A stretch of DNA of 64,000 nt from the NCBI GenBank assembly GCA_964354285.1, contig CAYGYR010000001.1, forward strand, positions 518,424 to 582,423, written 5' to 3'. Each line of letters opens with the position of its first letter. Positions within the stretch are counted from its first letter, which is position 1. Positions 27,683-36,537 of this stretch are shown one piece after another. A program made the translations under genes and the position numbers. The notes beneath the pieces are model-generated. The model did not search any database. It saw nothing but the letters and a program-made list of their open reading frames with translations, and was not told the DNA's origin. The DNA comes from an uncultured Methanosarcinales archaeon. GTDB taxonomy: Archaea; Nanobdellota; Nanobdellia; Woesearchaeales; ARS49.

Positions 27683-28861
27683 ATGCAGTTCAATACACTA
27701 AACGACATTGATTTCAACTCAAAAGTTGTTCTAGTAAGAGTTGACTTCAATGTTCCAATTGACAAGAAAGGAAACATTTCTGATGACAGAAGAATAAGAG
27801 AAGCACTGCCAACAATAAATTACCTAATCAAGCACAACGCAGTTGTTGTCCTGATGTCTCATCTCGGAAGGCCAGACGGCAAAGTGGTTGAAGAGCTGAG
27901 GATGGATAAGGTAGCAGAGAGATTATCAAAGCTCATGAAAAAACAGGTGATAAAGCTCGACGACTGCATAGGCGCAGATGTTGAAGATGATGTTAATGAG
28001 CTCCAGGCAGGAGAGGTCTGCCTGCTTGAAAACCTGAGGTTCCATCCAGAGGAAGAGGCAAATGACCCAGATTTTGCACAGGGCCTGGCAAGCTTCTCAG
28101 ATATTTATGTGAATGATGCTTTCGGAACAATGCACAGGGCTCACGCATCTGTATCAGGAGTTCCGCAATACCTGCCAAGCTGCGCTGGCTTTCTTGTGCA
28201 AAAAGAGTTGGAGATGCTCGATAAAGCAAGAAAACCAAAAAAACCATTCCTTGTTCTTTTATCAGGGGCAAAAGCAGATAAAATAGAACTGATAAAAGCA
28301 ATGATACCCAAAGCAGACAATCTTTTCCTGGGCGGAGTGCTCGGCAACATTGCATTGCAGGCAAAAGGAATACCTGTCGGAAAAAGCACAACAGACAAGG
28401 AAGCTGTAAAAATCGCAAAGCAGTTTATCAGCAGCAAAAAAATAATCCTGCCAGAAGATGCACTTGCTGCAAATAAAATAGATGAAAAAGCAAAAACAAA
28501 AATTGTTCCAATCGCTCAAATTCCAAAAAACTGGATAATTGTGGACATCGGGCCAAAAACAATAAAAAAACTCCAGGGGATAATCAAAAAATCAAAAACA
28601 ATATTCTGGGCAGGCCCACCAGGAATATTTGAGATAAAAAAATTCAGCAAAGGAACAAAAGCAGTTGCACGAGCCATGGCAAAATCAAAAGCAATAAAGA
28701 TAGTCGGCGGCGGCGACAGTGCAGATGCAATAGCAAAATTTAAATTAGAGAAGCGCTTTACTCACATAAGCACTGGCGGGGGAGCATCAATTGCATATGT
28801 TGAAGGCAAGGAACTGCCAGGAATAAAAGCCCTTATTGAAAGCAAGAGGAGGTTTGGATAA
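27683..28861 (+). CDS. pgk: Phosphoglycerate kinase
   Basis: RVDFNVP, SHLGRP and GGGDS motifs; 1-nt gap after gap. Confidence 0.9.
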   Translation: MQFNTLNDIDFNSKVVLVRVDFNVPIDKKGNISDDRRIREALPTINYLIKHNAVVVLMSHLGRPDGKVVEELRMDKVAERLSKLMKKQVIKLDDCIGADVEDDVNELQAGEVCLLENLRFHPEEEANDPDFAQGLASFSDIYVNDAFGTMHRAHASVSGVPQYLPSCAGFLVQKELEMLDKARKPKKPFLVLLSGAKADKIELIKAMIPKADNLFLGGVLGNIALQAKGIPVGKSTTDKEAVKIAKQFISSKKIILPEDALAANKIDEKAKTKIVPIAQIPKNWIIVDIGPKTIKKLQGIIKKSKTIFWAGPPGIFEIKKFSKGTKAVARAMAKSKAIKIVGGGDSADAIAKFKLEKRFTHISTGGGASIAYVEGKELPGIKALIESKRRFG

Positions 28862-28862
28862 G

Positions 28863-29378
28863 ATGGCTGATGACGCAGTAGCCTTTTTCAAGGCAGAGGA
28901 TGTCAAGAAAGCAGAAAGCGTCTTAAAGGGACTTGTTGGGCTCTTGAAGACAGTGCGGGGAAGAACTGGTTTTGGGCTTGACGCCACTAAAAGAACAACT
29001 GCTGTCAAGGTAGGTCCTGAGTTCAGGGCAAGCGCCGCCCACATTGCTGATGAAATCCACAAGACAATTCTTCTTTTTGTCCAGAAATTCGCTCTGCCAG
29101 ATACTGAAGAGAGTGTTATAAAAAGAGGCGGAATTCTAGTCATCACTGCTTTTAATGACTTGAATGACCTTGAAAATTATTACAAGGAAATCGCGAATAC
29201 AGGCAGACTGCCAAGCGCACCCTTTTGGAAGTTTTGGGGCAGGGATATCAGCAGGTTTAATGATGCAAAGCGCATAGATGCACCTTTCATAAAACTGATT
29301 GAGGATACTGAACAGGCAAGAACAGGAACAAGGCCCAGTGAAAACAAGCTAGCATTTATGCTTAAAAAAATATTTTAA
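28863..29378 (+). CDS. Hypothetical protein
   Basis: ORF; internal start chosen after the pgk stop. Confidence 0.3.
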   Translation: MADDAVAFFKAEDVKKAESVLKGLVGLLKTVRGRTGFGLDATKRTTAVKVGPEFRASAAHIADEIHKTILLFVQKFALPDTEESVIKRGGILVITAFNDLNDLENYYKEIANTGRLPSAPFWKFWGRDISRFNDAKRIDAPFIKLIEDTEQARTGTRPSENKLAFMLKKIF

Positions 29379-29896
29379 TTTACTTCTGCAAATCTTTCTA
29401 GTATGTAAGAAACGTTTTTCTTGAGTGCTTTTTGGTATACGGATGTTTGGTTAGGCAGGTATCCTATGAATTTCTTTGCCTCAATAGCCTCTCTTAAGCT
29501 CCCAATTGTTATTTCATTAAGACTTAATTTTTTCATGCTTGTATCCGGGCTTACTTCAATATCTGAATAAAAGCTCAGCCTCTCTGTTATGATAAATCCG
29601 ATTGTTGCCCTGCAAAGATACTGCAGAGGGGTTTCTGGCTTTTTAAAAAAACAGCCATCTTTCTTTCTGCGGAAGCTCTTCTTAAGAAAAGATACTGACT
29701 TATCAAGATACTTTCTGATGCGCTCAACATAGATGTCCAGCTCATCAACATCCTGCGCCATTGTCAGCCTTCTGTAAATAAGGCAGCCAATCCTGCTTCT
29801 GCCCTTGCCAAAAAGCTCTTCATGCCTCTGGCTATACTCAGGTGCAAGTGACATAACTCTTTCATCCAAGCAAAGCATTACAAATCCCCAGAACAT
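29375..29896 (-). CDS. Hypothetical protein
   Basis: ORF only. Confidence 0.3.
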   Translation of the reverse strand: MFWGFVMLCLDERVMSLAPEYSQRHEELFGKGRSRIGCLIYRRLTMAQDVDELDIYVERIRKYLDKSVSFLKKSFRRKKDGCFFKKPETPLQYLCRATIGFIITERLSFYSDIEVSPDTSMKKLSLNEITIGSLREAIEAKKFIGYLPNQTSVYQKALKKNVSYILERFAEVN

Positions 29897-29984
29897 GTAT
29901 GACTTAGATGTTTAAAAAGGTTGTGACCAAAAGGCATATTAGTAAAGGACATAAATAATACATACACTTGTGTCAGTTACTAAA

Positions 29985-30029
29985 TAGTAAACGACATATC
30001 CTAGTATGCTCTAATTATGTCGTTTACTA
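29985..30029. promoter_or_regulatory. Perfect 13-bp inverted repeat TAGTAAACGACAT(19 nt)ATGTCGTTTACTA, with a third direct copy TAGTAAAGGACAT at 29940
   Basis: Read directly from the sequence. Confidence 0.6.
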
Positions 30030-30073
30030 TACCACCGAAACATTTATATTTGTTAACTTGTTTAACAGAGGTT

Positions 30074-30334
30074 ATGGCAAAAAAAGAGGAAAGTCACATA
30101 CCTAAACTTATTTTCCAGTACTCTACACGGCATTTGCCAAAGAAAGACAAAGTAAGGTTCTATTATGCATTGAAAGGCCGTGATGGAAAATCTGGAATCG
30201 TGGTTTCACTGAAAATAGAGCAATTAGGCAGAACTGTTCTGCTTGTATCTGAAAAAGCTGAAAAAGAAGTCGAGGAATTCCTTAATTTTTGGAAATGCAA
30301 TTTCAAAAAAAGAAAGGTGCTAGTTGAAAAATGA
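30074..30334 (+). CDS. Small hypothetical protein
   Basis: ORF; start moved to the ATG after the AGAGG Shine-Dalgarno because the upstream codons lie in the inverted repeat. Confidence 0.3.
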   Translation: MAKKEESHIPKLIFQYSTRHLPKKDKVRFYYALKGRDGKSGIVVSLKIEQLGRTVLLVSEKAEKEVEEFLNFWKCNFKKRKVLVEK

Positions 30335-30744
30335 GCAATGAAATAATGCAAGATGTCGGAAAAATTCTGCTCTCTGGATTAATTATCTTAACTGTTTTGG
30401 GCCTTTTTAGGGATGCAGGAATAGCTGGCTTTAGTGTTGCAGACCTTCCTTTGCCAGAATATACTGGCCCAGAAAGATTCTTTGTGGAGAATAACAAGCT
30501 GCTTACACTTGACCTGAACTATTATTTTTCAGGTGATGAACTTGTTTATACAGCTGACATGCCCAAAGGACTGGATGTTGTGATAAGAAAAAACATCCTT
30601 TCAATAATTCCCACTGAGGCAGGAGAGCACGAGATTACAGTTTATGTCTCAAATACTCAGCAAATACTCAAACAGAAACTGCATATCAAAGTCACAGAAA
30701 AACTACAGCCTAATACTGGCGGCTGTGGATGTAAGCGCAGTTAA
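30331..30744 (+). CDS. Membrane-anchored hypothetical protein
   Basis: N-terminal TM; 4-nt overlap with the upstream gene. Confidence 0.35.
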   Translation: MSNEIMQDVGKILLSGLIILTVLGLFRDAGIAGFSVADLPLPEYTGPERFFVENNKLLTLDLNYYFSGDELVYTADMPKGLDVVIRKNILSIIPTEAGEHEITVYVSNTQQILKQKLHIKVTEKLQPNTGGCGCKRS

Positions 30745-32007
30745 AGCACCAGCAATATCTGCGCGCAATGCCTCAGTATCTATTTTCTCAAGCTCTTTCT
30801 GCAAGTCAGCAATCTTTCTTTCCGTTATTTTTTTTGCAGAATCATCTTTGTCTAGCTTTTCTTTTTTCTCCTTAACCAGTATTGTCACATTTGACGTTTC
30901 TATTGCCTTTGCAGTCTCGCCTTCCTCTTTTTTTAGCTGGCCGTATTCTGTGAGGAAGCTTCCAAGATACTCTTTTGTGAAAAGCTGAAGCACCTCAAGA
31001 GTCTTATCTTTTTTTCGGTCCTTTAAGTCAACCCTATTATTCCTTATCAATGCCTGCATGTCAGAAAATGCTTTTATAATCCCAAGATGCAGGTCCTGCA
31101 CCAATGCATCGAGCGGAGAATCAATGTATCTCTGCAGTATCTCCTTATGCTTGTATGTTATTTTCTCAAACTTTCTCATCGCAGCATCTATCGCAGAAAA
31201 AGAATTCATCATTCTTGCCCGCGCCTGCTCTATCTTTGCTTTTGTCTCCAATTGCATTTTCTCAAGCTCTCTCAGAGTTTTATCTTTCTTAAGCAGCGCA
31301 AGCTCGCCGGAAAGCGTTTCCATCTCTTTTTCCAATCCATCTTTTTCTTGTTTCAACAATTCTGCCTCTTCCAAAAGCTTTTTCTTCAGATTTACCTTGA
31401 ATTCGAGATCTTTTATCCTTGCTTTTGTGCTTTCTAAAGAATGAATTGACTTTGACATTATTTCCTGCTGCACGCTGTTCAGCTCTTTTTCAATCACAGC
31501 AATGTTAGAGCTTACCTGCCTTGACTCATCTGAAAAAAATTCCTGGAGTATCTGGTACGGCCTTGCAATGCCCTGCGCAAGATTCCTGAGCTCTTCCTGC
31601 ATTGCAGAATAGAAAGAGCCGTAATCCCGTATGTCACTTGGAAAATGAATGCTGTTAAGGAAAAAACCTATTCTTTTAATGTATGTCTCCCTGTTGCCCT
31701 GCATGAAATGCTTTGCCCTTTCAGGGATGCTTTGGTTTCTCAGCTGCGCCTGCTCAAGAATCTCGAGATTGTGCCTCGTCTCCTCTATCTCATGCGCCAC
31801 TGCTTGTTTTGCAGCAGCCAGCCTGCTATTCAGCTCTGCCACAACAGGCCCGGTTTTCTCATCAAGCCACTTCTCAAGCTGCTGAAGCTCAATCTCTTCC
31901 TTTGGCAGATCTGGCTCTTTCTTCCTGAACATAGATTTGAATATTTCCCACATGCTCCTGCTTAAAAGAGGAGAATTTATATAGTTTTGCCTCATAAAAG
32001 CAGCCAT
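30703..32007 (-). CDS. Long coiled-coil protein (about 434 aa)
   Basis: Heptad-rich; start set at MAAFMRQ because the longer ORF extension is antisense to Rpp21. Confidence 0.45.
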   Translation of the reverse strand: MAAFMRQNYINSPLLSRSMWEIFKSMFRKKEPDLPKEEIELQQLEKWLDEKTGPVVAELNSRLAAAKQAVAHEIEETRHNLEILEQAQLRNQSIPERAKHFMQGNRETYIKRIGFFLNSIHFPSDIRDYGSFYSAMQEELRNLAQGIARPYQILQEFFSDESRQVSSNIAVIEKELNSVQQEIMSKSIHSLESTKARIKDLEFKVNLKKKLLEEAELLKQEKDGLEKEMETLSGELALLKKDKTLRELEKMQLETKAKIEQARARMMNSFSAIDAAMRKFEKITYKHKEILQRYIDSPLDALVQDLHLGIIKAFSDMQALIRNNRVDLKDRKKDKTLEVLQLFTKEYLGSFLTEYGQLKKEEGETAKAIETSNVTILVKEKKEKLDKDDSAKKITERKIADLQKELEKIDTEALRADIAGALTALTSTAASIRL

Positions 32008-32332
32008 GGGCAAAAAAAAATTCTTTTCAAAAAAGCAGAAAGAAATGAAAGAAATTGCTGAAAAAAGAATCATATACCTGTTTGGGCAGGCAAAAGATAT
32101 TTTTAACAAAAGTCCAGAGCTTGCAAACAGGTACGCGTCTCTTGCAAAAAAAATCTCTATGAAATACAAGGTAAAAATCTCCAGAGAGCTGAAAAGGCGA
32201 TTCTGCAAGAACTGCTGCACGTATCTTGTTCCAGGAAGGACCTGCAGGGTGAGAACGCATAAGGGCAAAGTTGTTTATTACTGCTTTAACTGCAAAAAAT
32301 ACCTGAGATTTGTAATCCCTAAAAAAGTTTAA
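32006..32332 (+). CDS. rnp4: RNase P protein subunit Rpp21/Rpr2
   Basis: Basic N-terminus; CKNC...CFNC zinc ribbon typical of Rpr2. Confidence 0.7.
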   Translation: MGKKKFFSKKQKEMKEIAEKRIIYLFGQAKDIFNKSPELANRYASLAKKISMKYKVKISRELKRRFCKNCCTYLVPGRTCRVRTHKGKVVYYCFNCKKYLRFVIPKKV

Positions 32333-32358
32333 ATACCTAAAGAAAAATTAGTTTCAAA

Positions 32359-33006
32359 ATGGCAAAAAAAGAGTGTGCAAAGCGATATCCTGAAAGAGAT
32401 TTAGCCTTAATCATAGTTCTTGCTGCTGTGCTGTTCGCAACAATGTCTTTTACGAAGAATAATCCAACAAGCTTAGCAACGCTTCAGAGCGCCCCTGAAA
32501 ATGCTGCACTGCAGGCTCCAGAAGCAATAAGTGAAGCTGGAATATCTCTTTCATCTGCATTTTGCTCATCACTTCCTTTAATCGCATACGCGATATTGCT
32601 GATTTTGGTGATTGTGCTGCTTACCTATCTCTTGAGAAAACATTTTTTCAGCCATGCACTTGACGCCAGGTGGACTTATGCGCTTTATGTGATGCTTGGG
32701 CTGACCATATTTTTAACAGCTCTTGAATACATCTTGTGCGACCAGGCACTCTATTCAGCAGTGTTTGCTATTGCAGCCATAATTGTTGTATTCATACTTG
32801 ACGTGCTTCTTACAATGATACCAAAGCAAAAGCCTGCAGGAAGGATTGTGATAAAACCCACAGTCATAACCCTGCCCAAGCCAAAAAAAGAATCTATCTT
32901 TGATAGGCTAAGACTGCACGCGATAAAGCCAGCAGAGCCAGGAAGCAGAGAGATGGCAGAACTAAAGCAGGTTCTTAAAGACCTGAAGGAATTAAAGAAA
33001 AAATAA
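32359..33006 (+). CDS. Membrane protein
   Basis: Several TM helices. Confidence 0.4.
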   Translation: MAKKECAKRYPERDLALIIVLAAVLFATMSFTKNNPTSLATLQSAPENAALQAPEAISEAGISLSSAFCSSLPLIAYAILLILVIVLLTYLLRKHFFSHALDARWTYALYVMLGLTIFLTALEYILCDQALYSAVFAIAAIIVVFILDVLLTMIPKQKPAGRIVIKPTVITLPKPKKESIFDRLRLHAIKPAEPGSREMAELKQVLKDLKELKKK

Positions 33007-33058
33007 TTTTATAATTTTTGATTGTTTAAAAATTTGAAAATTTTTAAGCTCAAAAATT

Positions 33059-33367
33059 CTATAATTTTTGATTGTACTCTTTCTGTAATAATAATGTGTA
33101 TATGAACAGCGAGATTATAATCAGCTCAAAGAATCCATTAATGTGCATAGGAATGCTTATCATTCCTGCTGCCCTGAGCACTGTCAGCACTTCCTCAACT
33201 ATGAATACAAACAGGGCGATAAAAATTATTTTCCAAGGCTTCAGGTAAACCTTCTTGTTCTTTACAGGCGTGTTGAACAATTTGATGAAAAGATACACTG
33301 TTATGATTACAAGCACAAGATTATAGTAAGGGGCAGCCAAGCCAAGCGCAACTGTGAGCTCGCTCAT
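33059..33367 (-). CDS. Small 3-TM membrane protein
   Basis: About 100 aa; tandem paralog of 33368..33670. Confidence 0.4.
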   Translation of the reverse strand: MSELTVALGLAAPYYNLVLVIITVYLFIKLFNTPVKNKKVYLKPWKIIFIALFVFIVEEVLTVLRAAGMISIPMHINGFFELIIISLFIYTLLLQKEYNQKL

Positions 33368-33670
33368 TCAGTCCGCCCCCTTTGTTATGTTTATTTGAAT
33401 TATGAGCGCAGCTATCACAAACAAGAGTATGAAGAAGGGAATAATATGAGTCATGTGAGGCGTGCTGTAGATGCCGAATGATTTAAGGGCGCCAACAATC
33501 TCCTCACCCATGAAAATCACGAGGGCAACTATCATCCACTTCCATGCGCTAAGGATTTTTTGCTGCCTAGATGCCTCAATCATGCTGATGGCAATGATTC
33601 CTGCAATTATGGATAAGAATGCAGCTGCAAGCTCTGCAGTGCCTAAAATCCAGTCATATGTTGTAATCAC
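33368..33670 (-). CDS. Small 3-TM membrane protein (paralog)
   Basis: About 100 aa with the same topology; abuts 33059..33367. Confidence 0.4.
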   Translation of the reverse strand: MITTYDWILGTAELAAAFLSIIAGIIAISMIEASRQQKILSAWKWMIVALVIFMGEEIVGALKSFGIYSTPHMTHIIPFFILLFVIAALIIQINITKGAD

Positions 33671-33716
33671 CTGGGCAATTCACCTCTTTATAAGTTCTTT
33701 TTTGGCTTACTCATAT

Positions 33717-34166
33717 TTAAAACTTTTGATTTATAAAGAAGAGAATTAATGCAATAACAAGAAATGAAATCACGCAGATCGTAATCTCTTTTTTGTTTTT
33801 GAGAACCAGGCTTCCTGTCGGAAAGCTGTAAAGAAAAATTGAGGCAGAGACTGGCAGAAACATGCCTGTCAATGATGCCAGGAAAAAAACAAAAGCAAGG
33901 AAAGCATAAGTAATCGCGTGGCGCATCTTTTCATAATAATACAAATAAATGAAAATAATCAGCCCTCCTGCCCACATATAATGGATATTTGTCCTGTTGG
34001 CATACATCAAAAAAACAATTGCGAGCGTGAAAAGAATTTTCTGCAGCCAAACAAAATATTTTTTTCCTGGATTTAGTTCTTCTTTTGCAAAATATCCGAT
34101 AACAGCTCCGCAGATTAAGCCAAGGGCTGTGATTAAAGCAATCAAGGAATAATTCAGGATTTCCAT
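33717..34166 (-). CDS. Membrane protein
   Basis: Four or five TM helices; its start overlaps the end of the Dph2 remnant. Confidence 0.4.
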   Translation of the reverse strand: MEILNYSLIALITALGLICGAVIGYFAKEELNPGKKYFVWLQKILFTLAIVFLMYANRTNIHYMWAGGLIIFIYLYYYEKMRHAITYAFLAFVFFLASLTGMFLPVSASIFLYSFPTGSLVLKNKKEITICVISFLVIALILFFINQKF

Positions 34167-34408
34167 TCAGAATGCCCCCACTGGATCAATAAGTCAACAC
34201 CAAGGCCTTCAACTTGCTTTGGGATATCACACGCCCCAAAACAAGAGCCAAGCCAGATGATTACCTCTGCACCTGTTTTTGACTTCAGCTCATCTGCTAT
34301 GCTTTTTGCTTCTGGCTTCAGGCCATCTGGCAATTGGATACAGACCCTTCTGGCTTTTGCTTTCTTTATTTCCTCTGCTGCTCTTTCAAGCTCTAAATCG
34401 TATTCCAT
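34154..34408 (-). pseudogene. dph2: N-terminal remnant (84 aa) of diphthamide synthesis protein Dph2
   Basis: VCIQLPDGLK...IIWLGSCFGACD...LLIQWGHS matches the Dph2 N-terminus, but the ORF stops after 84 aa where about 330 are expected. Confidence 0.5.
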
Positions 34409-34469
34409 GATAGACGTGATGGCAAATACATTTAAAAAGTTATTGATTTCCGAGCATCAGCGAGGACTA

Positions 34470-34499
34470 ACTGTGCGAAGCACCTGACTGAGGATTTTA
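34470..34499 (-). repeat. Partial copy of the ~125-nt structured element family (5' module only)
   Basis: Minus strand AAAATCCTC...GGTGCTTCGCACAG matches the 5' ends of the elements at 48810 and 60789. Confidence 0.35.
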
Positions 34500-34602
34500 C
34501 TTGACTTTTGCGCTATACTGAAAATATGAAACGCAAAAGTTTAGTTTTAGAAAACTATTTAAATCATCTGTCACAACTAAACCACAAGGCGATTAAATAC
34601 TT

Positions 34603-34688
34603 GCCCCCGTAGCTTAACGGTGGAGCGACTGACTGTTATCCATTGGAGAGAAATCAGTAGGTCACCAGTTCGAATCTGGTCGGGGGCG
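34603..34688 (+). tRNA. tRNA-Asn (GTT) with an anticodon-loop intron of about 14 nt
   Basis: Acceptor GCCCCCG/CGGGGGC; T-arm ACCAG-TTCGAAT-CTGGT; anticodon stem ACTGA/TCAGT enclosing CTGTTAT plus the intron. Confidence 0.75.
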
Positions 34689-34693
34689 TATTT

Positions 34694-36277
34694 TCAGTTC
34701 GCTCTTGCGAGCGAGAATTCTTCCTTCATCTTGTTTATCAAGTCTGCCCTGGCATACTGTGCAGCATTCTTTGTTGCATTGTAGAATGCGGTCTCATTTG
34801 ACCTTCCGTGGCACTTGATTACGCAAGTATTAAGGCCCAGCAAAGGAGCACCACCATACGACGATGAATCAAATGTTGCCTTGAGATCGTAGAACATGTC
34901 TTTAAGCAGGTATCCGCCAATTTTTCTTTTATTTTTTCTCACAAAAGAAGGGTCATGGTATATTCCCTTCTTTACAAACTGGAACAATTTATTGACCAGG
35001 GCCTCGCCTTCTTTGAGAATTATATTTCCAATAAAGCCATTTGTGACAAATATGTCAGCATATCCCCCAAAGAGAGCCTCAACTGACTGATTTTTTCTTG
35101 AATCTGGATTAAAAGATTTTTTTAATTCATCAAACAGCCCATTCAGCAACGCCTTGCCTAGCTTTCTCTTTGCATATTGTATTATCCCATTTGAATCCTG
35201 CACGCCTTTTTCAACATGCTGAATTAATTTATCAACAAGTGTTTCCTTCATGCTGAGAATCATTCTTGCACTAAAGCTGTCTGTGATGTAAATATCTGCA
35301 TGCCCGTTAAATAGAGGGTATGGCTCTGCATTTTTCTTGAAGTTTTTTCCAAACTCTGCCTCAAATAACTTATATGCCTCAAGCTCTAGAGCCCTGCCTT
35401 TATTTGACTCCTCACCTATATTGACAAGAGCTATTGTGGGCTCTTTGATTCCTTTGGTTCTCTGCACCTGCTCAATCGCTTTTTTTGCAAGCTCAACCAG
35501 ATATCGTGGGGTGCAGACCGCATCTGCTTTTGGCTTTACAAAATATGCTTTGCCAGTATCATATGCAGGATCTTTTTCTGTGCCCGCACTTCTTATCCAA
35601 GGAATTGAAACTAAATTAAACTCAGCTTCAGCAGCATCCTGCATTTTGCCTGAGCTGCCTATAACCCCAAGATAATTCTGTAGAAAATGCCTTACAAGCT
35701 CCTTGTTTGCTTCTGCCTCTAAATCCATGTACTCCACTTTTTCATCCACATCAACCAGCGCAATTGTAGGCTCACTGACGCCAAGAACATGCTGGACATA
35801 AAGCCTTGCCATGATTGCAAAATCACGCAGATTCTGCGGGGTATAACTCATATTTGCGCCAGCATCAAGCAGATATGAAAATCCAGTAGCGTACTTACCA
35901 TTTACCATTTTAACCCAGGGAAGCGGAATTATGATTGGCGGATTCTCAAACTCTTCTGTGCACATGCCTATCCCCTTCTTGACAGAAGCCATAACAAGCT
36001 TTGTGTTGTTTGCAGTGACTATTGCATCTATTTCCTGCTTATTGCTTAACTCAGTAAGAACCCTCAGTGCTGCGCCTTTGCTTTTTTTGGTGGTGTTTGC
36101 CGCAATTAATCTTTCTAGAGAATGCTTGGCGCAGAATTCTTTAATTTCAGCAGCATCTCCAGGAATGACGATTTCAATGCATTTGTCTTCCTCGAGAGCT
36201 CTCTTTGCACCATAGAGCGCGGGATGTCCTTCAACCTCACTTGTCGGATCAAGCCCTATTCTAACATAATTTGTCAT
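34694..36277 (-). CDS. plsX: PlsX-like phosphate acyltransferase family protein with an internally duplicated C-terminal module
   Basis: TANNTKLVMA (GNTG-like), AGANM; the EPTIALV(D/N)...EE and ADI(Y/F)(I/V)T(D/N)(S/G)F motifs each occur twice; ends in YGGAPLLGL. Confidence 0.55.
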   Translation of the reverse strand: MTNYVRIGLDPTSEVEGHPALYGAKRALEEDKCIEIVIPGDAAEIKEFCAKHSLERLIAANTTKKSKGAALRVLTELSNKQEIDAIVTANNTKLVMASVKKGIGMCTEEFENPPIIIPLPWVKMVNGKYATGFSYLLDAGANMSYTPQNLRDFAIMARLYVQHVLGVSEPTIALVDVDEKVEYMDLEAEANKELVRHFLQNYLGVIGSSGKMQDAAEAEFNLVSIPWIRSAGTEKDPAYDTGKAYFVKPKADAVCTPRYLVELAKKAIEQVQRTKGIKEPTIALVNIGEESNKGRALELEAYKLFEAEFGKNFKKNAEPYPLFNGHADIYITDSFSARMILSMKETLVDKLIQHVEKGVQDSNGIIQYAKRKLGKALLNGLFDELKKSFNPDSRKNQSVEALFGGYADIFVTNGFIGNIILKEGEALVNKLFQFVKKGIYHDPSFVRKNKRKIGGYLLKDMFYDLKATFDSSSYGGAPLLGLNTCVIKCHGRSNETAFYNATKNAAQYARADLINKMKEEFSLARAN

Positions 36278-36348
36278 ATACCTTTTTGATTTATTTTATT
36301 TCGTTTTTAAAGCTTTCGTCTAAATAAGCTGTTTTTCTGTAAAAAAAA

Positions 36349-36422
36349 TGGGCCTGCCGTGATTCGAACACGGGACCTCACGATTATCAGTCGTGCGCTC
36401 CACCAGACTAAGCTACAAGCCC
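36349..36422 (-). tRNA. tRNA-Ile (GAT)
   Basis: Minus-strand cloverleaf: acceptor GGGCTTG/CAGGCCC, anticodon stem CACGA/TCGTG with loop CTGATAA, T-arm CCGTG-TTCGAAT-CACGG. Confidence 0.85.
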
Positions 36423-36537
36423 GTTGAATAGTTGTAGAGCATGGTTTGTTTTTAAAAGTTATGCTTTTTTGCAATAAAATATACTCACTGGCCAACCACC
36501 CACAATCTATTTAAAGCGATATTCACTAATTCTCTGC

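Noticed and set aside
32008-32268. N-terminal 87 codons of the 30703..32268 minus-strand ORF
   Set aside because: They are antisense to the Rpp21 coding sequence. The Met at 32007 (MAAFMRQ) is the plausible start.
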